Source of the DNA: Laetmonice hystrix
Taxonomy: Eukaryota
Assembly (NCBI GenBank): GCA_965235115.1
Contig: OZ249436.1
Span: 32,490,001-32,554,000 of the forward strand
DNA: 64,000 nucleotides
Direction of reading: 5' to 3'
The notes under the pieces are model-generated. The model was not told where the DNA came from. It searched no databases and was given only the letters and a program-made list of their open reading frames with translations. Shown piece by piece: positions 1 through 16,640 of this stretch. The translations under genes were made by a program, and so were the position numbers. The first letter of the stretch is position 1. Each line of letters starts with the position of its first letter.

Positions 1-3000
1 ACTTAGAGCGACCCGGGTCAGGAAGTGACAGATCCAAGGAGTTTGTGCTTGATAAAAGATACAAGACACCAGAGTGTAAGAAAAAGAAATTAATAGTAAA
101 ATCTGAATCATGAAACCTTGTAACTTTTTCTCTTTTAACAGGAAGAATCCGTGAATTCATTGTGATTCATTATCGCTCCTATCTAGGTCTTACCTTTAAC
201 CAGTTATCAGTGTATAGCCTTGAAATATTTGTCAATTCTGATGGGCAGCAAGAATGACATTGTGTATGACCTTTATAATGTGTTCCCATTGTGGCTCTGG
301 TAGCCAAGCCTAAGGAGTTGACGGAGGAAGACTTCAACTTTGGGGGCTACATGCCCTCAGCAGTTACCACGCCTGGTTCACGGCCTGGGTCACGACGCTC
401 TGTCAGGTAAATCATCTTTCTTTATAAACCTGCTTGTATGAATGTTGTGGCATTTTATCAAATTTATGAAACCTATTGGAAGTTAACATCATTCTGAAAT
501 GGATGTGAATGCAGAAAATGTGAAAACACCGGAAAATATTCTTATCAGCATGGACACTCTTGTATTTTGGTTTGTAATAATGCTGTACAAATTGATTTCA
601 TGTGGAACTGTTTAAAATATGTTACGGTAGGTTTGAGGATGAGGATGAGGCCGAGAGGCCGACTTCACAAGGCGGAGGTCGGAGGTCACGAGGTGCAGCC
701 TCCTCCTTCCTGGAAGACATGATCAACAAAGATGATCGGGACTGGCTGGAGATGGCATCAGGCGGAGTGGGCAACTCAAACGTCAAGGACAAAGGGGATG
801 ACAGACCTAAATCTGAAGGCAGCAATCGGGAAAAGGCGCTCCCAGAGAAACCTTCCACTGCTCAATCAGGTCAGCCATGATAGAACACCAGCGAGGGAAA
901 AGAATGTTTACATATACTAAATTTCATAACATTCACAAGGATTTTGTGAGAAAAGCTTTTTAAACCTACACAGGATAACCTTATGAATAACACTGGGCGT
1001 TGTTTTTTGTTTTTGCTTACAGAACCCGTTGACTGGTTGGGCCTTTCCCGGCTTGGCTCTCCAGACTCTTCACGCCAACCCAGGCTTGGTGAGGAAGGGA
1101 AGATTGACCTTGACAACACAGACCCCATGCCCTCAGATTCCAGACCCAGGTCTGGGGGACGTGGAAATATCCCAAAGGAAACAACTGACCCAGATGATTG
1201 GCTGGGGCATGGCAACTCACCTGTGAAACAAAAGTCCTCACCTGTAAAACAAAGAAAGTCATCCACTGACAAAGGGGATGATTGGCTAGGATTGGGTACC
1301 AGTTCTCCTACAAGAGATCAAGGAACTGATTGGTTAGGGACAAAAGACTCAAAGGAAATGGGAGCTGATGATTGGTTAGGAGTTCAAAAGGAGAGTTCAG
1401 AGGTGAAGAGTGGGCGAGATGATGATTGGCTCGGGAACTCATCAGGAGGAGGGACTCGGAAGGAACACTCTGCAGCATCGGGCGATTATTTAGGATTGAC
1501 TGCTGACATTGACGACCCGTTCAGGTAGTGACATAAGTGAACAAAATACAAAAACAGTTCAGTTGAGATTGTAAATAGTTAGTTTGCATTGAATTATTGG
1601 CCATTTCAGAATTCTAAGGTGAAAGTAACGTTGATTGTGTTTTTAAAATATTTAAGGGAAGCATATGATACGTATGTTCTTTGATCTTCATTGGTTATTT
1701 TTGTCATTATGCAGCAAGAGCTTGTCAAAGTCAAGAGCAGATGAGCGAGGACTTGACCTGTTTAGCCCACCTCCTAAACGGGAGGCACCGTATGTATATG
1801 AGGAAAATGTTTGTTCTCCATAATTCAATCTATGCTAAGTAAATTCAGACTTCTAAAATCCAAGTTTTGTGGACTGTAACTAGATATATGGACTATTTTT
1901 CTCGACAGGGTAACTTTACCATGGGAAACTGCAAAAGATACCGTGGATGTCTCCCTGTCCCAGGGTCGCCAAGGACGTGGACGGACACCCCCTCAAGGTG
2001 AATTATGCTACCCCATGCCCAGCTTCACCCATGAGCAGGGCCTCCTCTGATGCCCAGTGTATTGAGTTCTATACTTGGGGTAAAACGGACAATTACATGT
2101 ACTGACTTAGTATAGCAGGACTTGGGGTTTTTGATTTATAGAGATATCTGTCATAGGACTCTTGCATAGAAATGCTTGAAATATATAGGTTTGCGCTGTA
2201 CAGTTTTACAAAGATAATTTTGGTGCTGTTATCGTGTTCACGTAATGTGATTTGGTTCCTTTGTAGAAACCAAACTTAAGGAGAAAGATGAGTTAGATCA
2301 TGGTGAGGTGAAAAAAAAGGTTGCTAAAAAAAGGGAAAGAGAAGGTCCCGCTTCTCTTGCCCTTAGCAATGGTAAGATTCATTAGTCATAGTGGTATAGA
2401 ATGTTGTAGTAGTGCTACACTAGTTTTGGTTATTCCCCCATGGTAACTTCTATTCCCAGACAAAATTGTTGGGTAAGGGTTCGGGTTAAGGTCAGGGATC
2501 TAGGGATATTATGTCTGGGAGGTGTAGGGACCGAGGTTAGGAGTTAGGGATAAGGTCAGGGCTATGGATCTTTACTTCGGACAAAATTCCGTGGGTTTGA
2601 AGTTATCATGGGGGATATACCGGTACCCTAGTTTTAGTCACTATTAGTACCCATCATAGACCACAGCAGGCTTGGAGAGAGGGATCCAAAATCTATGACA
2701 AATACATGATTACATTCCACTCCCTAACACTCTAGGTCTATGCTAACACACAGACCTGCGGGTTCGGTTCCATTGCCACTGAATTTGAAAAGTTAAAAAG
2801 AAATTTGGTTTGACATTCTCTATCGCTGTATAATTGCTAGTAACATGTGAACATATGTTCAGCATGTTTTTACTGTCACTTAAATACTCGGATAAGATGA
2901 CAAGCTGCACAGACATGTAAGCACTCCCCCAAGTGAGATTTTCACCCTCCTCGAATTATTTTTCTTTACATCCCTTTGTATGTAAATGCCATGTGTGTGT

Positions 3001-6000
3001 CTTTCATTCTTACATGTATGCTGTTCATGGCCAGTCAGTACATGTTGCTTACCACCACCGACATGCTAGATTTATCTACAGTATAATTATGTAAAATTTC
3101 ATGCCTGACCCTTAGAATATGTCAATATCATTTGGTTTGTTCAATTGAGTGAGGAATGATTTTTCAGCAATCATGCACCATACAATTGACTATGGGCTAA
3201 ATCACTTCTCACTTTCCATTACAGTGGTTTTCAGAGTTAGTAGTTGGTGCTGGCTGATGGCTCTTCATTTTCATATGCGTGACTGCTAAAAGTTGATAAC
3301 TTCTTTGAAATGGAGACATAAGTTTTATGGGGTGTATCTTGTGGTGTAAGAAAGCGATGCATCCCAAAACAAGATTTTTCTCCCTAGAGTCTACATAGAA
3401 CCTGTATTGATTGTTTAATTTTTATCGGTCCAGCAAAACCCCAAAGCCCTAGAGGATCGTCCCCAGCTGACAGCCCCCATGACTTGATGGCGACCCTTGA
3501 CACTCTCAAGAAGATGGACCAGCAAACGAGAGGGGAACCACCAGCACCGTCAGCACCACTAGCTGCTGTGGTGCCGGTCGGCACTGCTGCTACAGCTTCA
3601 GTCATTGCAGCTCATCTTCCGTCAATGGCGCCATTGCAAGGTGAGATTACATTTAAAATAAACCAGCAAAAATGGGGCAGAACAAAAGCGCCTTTAAAAG
3701 ATTTTCTGCTTGACATTTGCCCTTGAAAAGTTAATAATGTATGAGCATAACAATGCAAGAGTAGATGATCAAGTGAAAGTTAAGTGATGCTGAAAAGTGT
3801 CATGTACAGCAAAACCGTTTGCATTATGCCAGTGTTGAACAGTATACTTGTTTTTATCAACATTGAACATAATTTATTCTGATGCCCCTGCCTGAAGCAT
3901 TGGTAGGTAACACAGACATGTTTGTCCAAAACCAATCTGTTGGAACAGTTTGATATCGTGAAAATGTAACGTTGTTTTGCAGACCCTTTTGCCAGTATGG
4001 GAGGAGCAGCAAATCTGCTACAGCAACAGCAACAGCAAATGATAGCTGCGCATCAGCTAAAGATGAAACAGCAAGAAGACTTACTCAAGCAACAGCAACA
4101 AATGATGCTTGAACAACAGCAAAAAGAACAGGTACAGCTATCCCCATATTATCCAACTTCTTATAATATTTACATTACGAAAATTGCAGTAATGTAGAAC
4201 ATTCCTGGATTTATTTAGAAACTTGCTATAAACTTGCTAAAAGTAAGTCCATTATCTTCAACAATTCAGAGACTTCTGCGTTCATCAGTTGTAATATATC
4301 TATGTTGGGATATTTCAATCAATACTGCAGGAAGTGTTTGAGCAGCAGTTAGCAGCAAAGCAGACACAACTTATGCAGCAGCAGGAGGAGATGGCCAAAC
4401 AACAGATGACCCAAATGCAGGCCCTGCTGCGGCCGACGGTCCCAATGGCTTCTCCCATGGTACCCTTTATCTTTGAGGCCAAACACCATGCATGAATGAA
4501 ACACAAGTTCATCAGTATGAGTGCACCCTTCTGGCATGCAATCTGATCCCTTTGCAGTTTACATAGTTTGTCATTTTTACAAGATTGTGACTGCAGCCAT
4601 GTATGATCCCTTCAGAGGCACGACACGGGTGTCACTCAATTTGTGTTTTCTTTCAGAGTCATCACACAAGTGTCACTCAATTTGTGTTTCCCTATGGAGT
4701 CATGCACGTGTCACTCAGTTCACGTTTCCCTTCAGAGTCCTCACACATGTGTCACTCAGTTCACGTTTCCCATCAGAGTCATCACACACGTGTCACTCAG
4801 TTCAAGTGTCCCATCAGAGTCATCACACACGTGTCACTCAGTTCATGTTTCCCATCAGAGTCATCATACCAGGGTCATGTCTGGAATATCCTTAGGTTAA
4901 ATAGTTGTAATTCCAGCTCTGACGGTACAAATACTGTCTTCTGAATCCTCAAAGAAATATCTTGGGTCCCAGACAGGCCTCATGTTCTGTTTGTGGTAAT
5001 CTACAATGACAAATTTCAGTTTCATCTTTAATATTGCAATAATATTTTTCCATGTTTGGGTCGAGTATTTGATGGTAAGACACAGGCTCCCTGGCAGGGA
5101 GATGTGCCATTATGAGCAGCTCCCTACAGTGGGAGTTAATCTTAAAGAGCATTCAAGAGGGTAAGATGCTTAGTTTTTCCTGGTATACCATCATTGATAA
5201 TCCTTCTTCACATTTTTTTAATCCCCATTTTGTTGCACAACATAAAAAATCCTTTCCATATCCAATTTACTAATGGACATGCTGTGATTGTACTCCAGGT
5301 TGAACTTCAGCGACAGATTGGAGAACAGCAGCAGCGTCTGCGCCAACAGCAGATGGCACAAATGGTAGAAGTGCAGCAGCGCTTGATGCAGCAGGAACAG
5401 ATGGCACAGATACCGCAGATGTCTACAAGCCTTGGAACAGCTGGAATGGTCCCAGGTCTTGGCATGGGTGCCATGTTTAGTAACGACCTGATGGCACAGG
5501 TAGTATTTTTGATACCCTCTACCCCTTATACCTTTTTAACCTCTGTGTGAATATGCCTGTTGTATTAAAAAAACCACTTAAAGGTGCTATTCATGAAAAA
5601 AAGTTCAATTTTTTAATTTTTTATTTTGTTGACGTTTATGTGATCCCTATGTGATCCCACCTATCATGGAAATAGATTCACAACAAAGGAAATCAAAATT
5701 TTTTCTGGATAACGGCACAAATGGGGCTCTCTCAGAAGGCCTGTGGAGACCCTGACACGCCCCACCATAGGAAATGGCTCTATCTCGGTGTGCACCGAGA
5801 TAGGTTTCAAATGCTGCACAGAAACTAATAGAAGTTTTATCAGGCCAATGGTATCGGTAGGAATTTTTTCTAGTACTATGTGCACAATGTATGATAGGAG
5901 AAATGCCATTCTGTGCGAGACGAATAGCACCTTTAATTTCCCTTTTTCTCACGGATGTATTCTTTACCTGTACTAGGTTAAAAGGCTTGAGCTGGAGAAG

Positions 6001-9000
6001 CTCCATCTGGAGACATTGATGGAAACCTCTAAAAGTCAACACCAGGAGGAGATGAAATTGACGCAAGATTCCTACAAGTAGGTCTCCATTGATGTAAATT
6101 GCAGTTGTGCAATTTTAGAACCCCATACAAAGACAAAAGTTACTTCATAATTATTGATATGTTAGCACAAGTCACTTAGCAACAGAATAGCACACACAGT
6201 GTTAATTCCTAGTCTGGAAACAGGTATATTTGAGTATTTGATATAGATGCATCAAAAACTTTAATGACTTAATCTGGTATAATATACCAGGTAGATTTCA
6301 AAGCAACTGATGCACTTGATCACTACATTTTGTGACAGGTGAGCCATTTTGCTATTTGATGTGCTAAATCAGAAACATCACAATAATTGTTTCAGCAAAA
6401 GATTGGAGATACTTGAGGAATCTTACCAAAAAAGGGAAATGAGGTAGTATATCAATTAGTATTTCTCTAGCTAAAATTTTAAGTAGATATATTTCAGAAT
6501 TAATGGAGCTTTCAAAAATTGATTTACATATTTTTTCAGATTCTGATTCCAACCATAGCTTTTTAAATACACAGAAATATTTCCTCAATCTGCTGTAAAG
6601 TTGGCATGGTATAGTGTGTCTGTTTGTGCCTTTGGTCAGGTTGAAGGAAGAGAATGAACTGGTGACGTCACAAAGCATGACAAAGTTGCGTATGGTCGAG
6701 CAGGAGAAATCCGATATTGTGGCTTCTCACATCAAGAGGCTAGAGGAACTACAACAAAACCACACATCAGAGCTTGACCACATCAAGGAACAACAGAGGT
6801 CAGTTGGCATGGATTGGTTAAAAAACTATATGAGAGACTGTACGAAAACTATAAAATGCAGAAAATGTGAGCTTTTTCCTCGGACATCTCAGATAAAATC
6901 AGACATAAAATCATATAGTGTAGGCCTACATAACACACATACCATGCTAGTGTGCTTACGTTTTTATAGGAGAGAGGTAACTGAAATACGAAAACAGCAT
7001 GAAGAGTCGCTGGAGCGGGTTCGACAGGCCAAGGGCCTGGAGATAGCTGCCATTGCCAGTCAGCATGATACTACGCGCAACCTGAATGAGGTCGTTCAAC
7101 TCATGGCAACAAATGCACGCAACCTTGACGACCTTCAAATCAAAGTCCAGTCTAAACACAACCTTTCAATGGACGAGCGAGAGAATGCAGCAAGGACAAG
7201 GGACGAGCAACTAAAATGTTGGTTTCTCATGCTCTATTTAATAACATTAGTGGGAACTTTGCCCATTGCCATAATATTCTCCCTAAAGGCTGCTCTGTTG
7301 TGCTGCACTTTACCACACTCTTCCAAGTGCTATGCCATGCCATACTACAAGTACAGTAAGTTTCCATGTACATGTCACAGCTATTGGCATGGTTACCGAT
7401 TGTATTATTTTTTTATTCCATTCCCACAGCTCTGCAGGACAGACTTGAACGGCAGCAACATGACAATGAGATGGAGCGGTCTCGTCTCCAAGGGCTGCTC
7501 ACAAAGATGGAGTCTCAACTCACAGAACAGACTCGCTTCATGGAAGAGGTAATTTAACTTCTTCAGTAGTTGCAAGTTTTGTCTGTAAGCACAATCTTGA
7601 GTACAAAGTCTTTTCCAGATGAGAGACTTACCCCGTAAGACAGATGAGAAACTTAAGTTGGCAATGGACTTTTTTTTTCTGATTCTACAGATTTTATAGA
7701 CCTGCCTTGTAATTACTATCGGCTTGTTTTGGTTGTAGGAAAAGTGGCGGGTTCGCCAGGAGGAGGGACGTTTCCAGACAGCGCAGAGTGCCCTTGAGAA
7801 GGAGAAAACATTGGTCATGGACCAGCTGCGCCGGGAAAAGGAGGGTGTACAAAGGTCAAAGGTAAGAACGTTGTACATCAATTTTTAACATGTGCCAATA
7901 TGAATGTACAAAAAGACAGATATTTTTACTGAACAGGACTAAACGGGTTGTGGACATATTTACATGTGATACTTTTTTGTTTTTTGTTTTTGTTTTTATT
8001 TGAAATTCGCAAATTTAATGTAGAAATGTTTGTCTTACCTAGGACCAGTTGCTAGAGGAGCAAAAGTCTGTCCTGGCCCAGTTGTATGAGGAGCGCAGAG
8101 CGCTTGCTTCGGAACGAGCAGCATTTGAGATGAACCAGAAACTGAATGGAGAGCAGGCTCAGAGAGAAAACCTGAAGAATGTCAAGGTAGGGAAGAATCT
8201 TAGCCGCTTGATAAGGTCATAGGATATTAATATATCATGGCTAACTCAGGGAAGCAATTTCTCTTTTGCCTATGTAGTTGTCTACCTAACCTTCCGGAGG
8301 ATGTGTAGTTGTTTTTTTAGCAAAGAAGAACATTATTTATATTGGAAGCAATTACCCTAGCTATCGTGTCCGTTAACAGTAAGAGTTGTATCCTTGTTAC
8401 TCAGGCCAATTGTTCCACTATATCTTGTTTTAGACTGGGGCTGAACTAGAAAGCTCTGTCCGAATCATCACTGATGAAAAGGCTCGTCTTGCAAAAGTTG
8501 CCGAGGAACTACGTGAAGAGAAAAATAAGTTGGCCAAAGAGAGGTCAAACCTTGAGCAAGAACAACAGGCAATGCAGTTCGAGAAAGAAAAACTAGAAAC
8601 CATTGCCCTACAGGTCCGACAGAGATCTCAGGATATTGAAGAAATGTGCCAGGTTAGTAAAGGTTTGACAGAGAAACGATATGTACAGACTTTGAGGACA
8701 GGATCCAAATCACTGAAATACATATTCACTGTTCTCCTATTTTATTTGTAATTGCTTACTAAGAGTAAGACATAGTCTTAAGCACTTACTTTCTATCAGT
8801 TGATGTCTTTGTTGATAACCTGAACTTTGTAAATAAATTTCTTACACACCCCTTTCAAGAAAATAAAGCTCTGCCTTTGTTTCAGGTGGCAGCACAGGCA
8901 CGGGAGGCGGGTGAGACAACATTGTGTGAAGCACGTCGTCTGGAGACTGACCAAGTCCAGAGACAGGCCTCTATACAGGCTCAATTACAAACTCTGCGCA

Positions 9001-10171
9001 ACAAGGAACGCCAAATAGCTCAGGTCCGTGCTTGTTGAGCTGAAAGAAAGCGGTAAAATTGTGTGCATGAAGTGTTAGGTTATAGAAACCACAGTCATAT
9101 AGATGTCGGAAGTTGTTAAATTGATAGAAACGCCAGTCATATAGATCCGTAAAATTGGAACAAAAGTTACATCAGAATTAGCACAAGATTTGATATCATT
9201 GCATTAACGGGCATGAATTATGCGAGAAGACAAAGATCTGCCTTCTCTTTCCCTCCTAGTTAAGTGAATAGTGTCTTCATAAATGATGTCTGATTGTGTT
9301 CCAGGAGCGCCTATCTCTAGCCAAGGAGAAGCAGGCTGTTGAACAGCAGGTTGGGTCCCTGTTGTGTGTCAACTGTCGCACGCCAGTCAGAGACGCAGCC
9401 AACCTTGCCCTGCAGCCCTCCAGTTTACCTGTCAACACACAAGGTAAGTACTGTATATGTCCCTTTAGCCGCGCACTACCTATTTGCCGCGCACCCCAGC
9501 ATTTTTTCAAACAAGCTGTGCCGGAAACCCGTATTCGACGCGCCAGCTAGTGTAAAATTTTGTAAGTTCCCTGCGCAACCTCCCTATTGCCACGCACTGC
9601 TTTTCTGCACACGCACATGCACGGCTAAAGGGACATATACGGTATTTGCCTACGTCCCGTGATGAGCATTGTATTTAGTTTAATACATGTATGATGGAAA
9701 TTGGATGTGTTTTGAAGCAAGTTTACCATCTATGCATATGTTCTAACAGGTACCCCAGGGGTACAGAGGAAGATGAGCCCAGCAGCAGCTGGCCTTCTGT
9801 CTGCCCTTGACCCCGACTTAAGGTCAAAGGTCGAGTCTCTCGGCAGTATATCAGCAGAGATTGAATTCGACCGAACCATAAGACTCTGGCGCATTGCCGC
9901 AGATAAGGTAAAAGTTAAGAAGTATCCAGACATAACTCACTTAATGTTACTGAATTAAAGGGACCAAAATTGCTTGCTTTCATAATAGTTTCGGTTTTGA
10001 TAAAAATAGATAATAAATAATGAATGATACTCTCAGTTATATATGTCACGAGTTCTAAAAGAACCTTCCTTTACTTATTAGGACAAACAAATTTTGAATG
10101 AAGAAACAGTCTTCTTACAAGCCATCAAGCACACGCCGTACGCAGATACTTCGACGCAGCAAGGATCATAG
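1..10171 (+). CDS. FBF1: Fas-binding factor 1-like centriolar distal-appendage/transition-fibre coiled-coil protein; 5'-partial, 23 exons in window
   Basis: Phase-consistent GT-AG exons: <1..75, 304..406, 631..869, 1023..1524, 1715..1789, 1909..1997, 2267..2371, 3434..3640, 3983..4131, 4331..4459, 5299..5499, 5977..6077, 6396..6443, 6640..6798, 6970..7217, 7430..7548, 7739..7861, 8043..8186, 8434..8652, 8886..9023, 9305..9443, 9750..9907, 10082..10171 (TAG). The translation shows motifs I recall from vertebrate FBF1: LERPGSG..EFVLDKRY, FNFGGYMPS..SRRSVRF, repeated DWLG, QVKRLELEK, RDEQLKSLQDRLERQQHDNEMERSRLQGLLTKMESQLTEQ, EKWRV, LLEEQKSV and a C-terminal DKQILNEETVFLQAIK. Low-complexity middle exons are less certain than the coiled-coil exons. 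Confidence 0.88.
2428..2620. mobile_element. Intronic MITE-like element with degenerate telomere-like hexamers
   Basis: Imperfect inverted repeats TTCCCCCATGGTAACTTC / GAAGTTATCATGGGGGATA enclose TAAGGG/TTCGGG/TCAGGG/TTAGGG-like hexamers. Confidence 0.55.
4608..4866. repeat. Intronic minisatellite, about 6 copies of a 41-bp unit
   Basis: GTGTCACTCA recurs at 4629, 4670, 4708, 4749, 4790 and 4831; consensus gtgtcactcagttcacgtttcccatcagagtcatcacacac. Confidence 0.9.
5582..5932. mobile_element. MITE with TTAA TSD (Kolobok-like termini) in FBF1 intron
   Basis: TTAA|AGGTGCTATTC ... GAATAGCACCT|TTAA. Confidence 0.75.
9451..9642. mobile_element. Tc1/mariner-type MITE (TA TSD) in FBF1 intron
   Basis: TA|CTGTATATGTCCCTTTAGCCG ... 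CGGCTAAAGGGACATATACGG|TA; 21-bp TIR with one mismatch. Confidence 0.8.
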
Positions 10172-11216
10172 CTATATTTGATCAGAGGTCACTCTCCTGC
10201 AATGATACTCCGTCCAGACCCAGAGAAAGACAAAGGACTCTAACTAGAGCGATGCATCGTGTTATTTTTTCTTGGTCATGTTACATGGATGAGTGAAATA
10301 TCTAAAGTCTTGAATTCTGTCACACATGATGAGATCAAAATGCTTGTCTTCAAACAGCCTGAAAACGCGTGGGTAGTTTGACTATCAAAGCTTTTATTAG
10401 GGCTACGCATCTGTGGAACAATCGATCTAAGTTTGCATTCAGACTACAAAATGTACCAGTCTCTTTCCCCTTTACTGTGGGAGAGTTGAGCCGAAGGCTG
10501 AAGCCAGACTTTATATTTTGATGTTGTGTAGGGAAACAGTGAGGGGTAAAATTTGTTGTACATATAATTTATTCAAAAGATTGGGATAATCTTACTCTCA
10601 AGGATGTGTGAAACTGTTCTTAATAATTTTAAAATGTATTGACTTCGTAATGCCAACTGTGCATGTTTCCATCATAGTATGTGTTTGTGAAAAGGTACGT
10701 GGGAATCGAGCGTATGTTTACATGGATAGCTATGAAAAGAATTCTTGGCATATAAAAGTTATTTTTAACTGATAACGTGTGTGAGAATCAGCTGAGTCAA
10801 CACACCTAATCAGGTCCTAGTCACGATGGGAAAGACTGAAACTTTCCAACATGAAATGGTAATATTTTCACTTCCTTTTATTTATTTCCTTTTTGGTAGA
10901 AGTACATCGAGTGACATTACCACATTTGGGAGAATGGTTAGTGTGTCTTTTATGAATATTTTATGAGAAACCTTATGTCATTGAAGTAGGCATACTAGAG
11001 TTTGGTTTCATCATCGTCGGTCAATTGTCCTAAGCTACCTCGAGGGAAAATATCCCAGAACGGAAAAGTGTGTGTTATTTTGTAATATTCTATTGTATCC
11101 ATACGTCTTCTTTGAAAAGGGAAGACTTTCCTTTTATAGCAAGTGTTTGATACATTTGATACGTTTTGTGGTATGATTGGGATGCTTGAAACGGCCGTAA
11201 TTGAATAAGATTTGTA

Positions 11217-11222
11217 AATAAA
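11217..11222 (+). promoter_or_regulatory. Candidate polyadenylation signal of the FBF1-like gene
   Basis: AATAAA about 1 kb after the stop codon, followed by T/GT-rich sequence (tgttttttatcgatttgttttg). Confidence 0.5.
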
Positions 11223-11612
11223 CATTGAAATGTTTTTTATCGATTTGTTTTGAAAATCATTTTAGTTTACAGTGAAAGGCTAATTGAGGTATCCTTTAAC
11301 GCCGTAGTCAACCAGTGTTAAAGATCTTTGGTAGGCAGCCTGACAAATTCCCACAGCGTTATGGCTTATCATGTCGACTTATCCGTGGTAGAGCCTCTAA
11401 TTAAAAACACGTGTACACACTCTCACGTCCTTGATTACAGGATTTCCAGTCCCCTTGTGTATTATAATAGAAAATCTAGAGTCCTGTGGCCAAGATTGAT
11501 GACATTTTTGATGACTGTTTCTTCAAGAGCAAGGGCTAAATCTGGATATCAATAGAAAAAGACAAAACTATTCTTGAAAAAAAGATAGCAGGCAATAGGT
11601 TACACAATATTG

Positions 11613-11618
11613 TTTATT
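11613..11618 (-). promoter_or_regulatory. Candidate polyadenylation signal of the amylase gene
   Basis: TTTATT on + (AATAAA on -) about 57 nt downstream of the amylase stop codon. Confidence 0.55.
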
Positions 11619-11674
11619 AGCATGCCAGAACATGAAGAGAATGAGACCAAGGAGCTGTCATATATCTGTTAGAG

Positions 11675-15370
<3,696 letters not shown>

Positions 15371-15900
15371 CGTTACTGACTGAAAGTAGGCCTATACGTC
15401 TCTCGGTGTGCTGGCTTGATAAAATATATCCGTGGGAATTTACAGACGGCCAACAGGATGCATGTACTAGGCTGATCTGTCAGCCGCCAAAACTAAAAAG
15501 AAGGTCAGGAGGGTATGGCAGACTGGGTCTAGGCCCCTATATATTTGTTTTTCTTTCGAAGACTGTCTAAGATTTTTTAATACGGATGGCTATAAATAAG
15601 CCCACCCGTTTGGCGTATTTGCCATCACATAGGCCTATCCCTTCTATACGCCCAGCCACTATTGACCAATGGGAAGCCGTTTTTAATAGGCCTACATCCT
15701 TTTCGCTGTAGGCCTACATAGAAGGCGTCAACAAATTTAGGATACGCTAATCTCAACATGTAGGTCTATCCATAGGTTATAGGCGTCTAATATTACATGA
15801 GAGTATAGACAATTAACCAATCATCTAGCTTTAAAAATACAGAATTTTAAGATAATTAGAACATTTCATATGGCACGTGCACCAATTAAAATTGGCGTGA

Positions 15901-16142
15901 CAGGGGCGGATCGGCGGGGGGGGGGGGGCAAATGGGTCATCCAGTGGCGTATCCAGGGAGGGGGTCCAAGTATCCCGGGACGCCCTTGAAAAAATTACTA
16001 TATTGAGGACATTTTTTAAAAACAGGAGTGTAAAAGGTGATTTTAACAAAAGAAAATCTTATAAAAAAGACGTCCTGAGATGCATTATTTGATGCCCCCC
16101 CCCCCCCCCACACACACACTTAAATTTCTGGATCCGCCCCTG
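15901..16142. mobile_element. G-run/C-run MITE with CAGGGGCGGATC termini
   Basis: CAGGGGCGGATC ... GATCCGCCCCTG; a second related left end (CAGTGGCGTATCCAG) lies inside at 15942. No clear TSD. Confidence 0.65.
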
Positions 16143-16382
16143 GGCCCTTGCCTAATAAATCTCGCTAATACATTGTGTACGTAGGCATATATCGGGTGGA
16201 TAAAAAATGTTGAACATTATGCCTAGGTCTACGCCCAATGGTACGTTGGGCGTATTTGGTTTACCTTTATACGCCCCCCAACGGTTAAACGGTTAATCGA
16301 AACGCGGTATGTGTATCATCTGTTCTGAAGAAGTGCAACTCATATCCTGCACTGGATTCATAAAGGTAACACAAAATGGCTG

Positions 16383-16640
16383 TCGCTAATTTAATTTTTG
16401 ATAACGCTAATTTAATTTTTGATATCGCTAATTCATTTTGCGATATCTGTAAATCAGAGAATTGATTTATTGATATCGCTAAATGAAATAGCGATATCAG
16501 AAATTGAATTAGCGATATCAAAAATTGAATTAGCAATATCAAAAAATGAATTAGCGATATGTTTAAATGAATTAGCGATATCTAAAATGGAATTACGTAG
16601 CGATAGGCCTATCTCTAATTCCTTTAGCGATATCACTAAA
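16383..16640. repeat. 21-bp GATATC-containing tandem repeats in opposed orientations
   Basis: Units gatatcgctaattYattttt are followed by inverted units aaattgaattagcgatatc. Confidence 0.8.

Noticed and set aside
6614..7552. 312-aa ORF read as a single-exon gene
   Set aside because: It is FBF1 exons read through introns; the hydrophobic stretch is intronic and the last part is out of frame.
16324..16360. Possible hammerhead ribozyme (CTGAAGA followed by AGTGCA/TGCACT stem)
   Set aside because: The stem is followed by GGAT instead of the required GAAA, and stems I/III could not be formed. Other CTGANGA hits inspected also failed.
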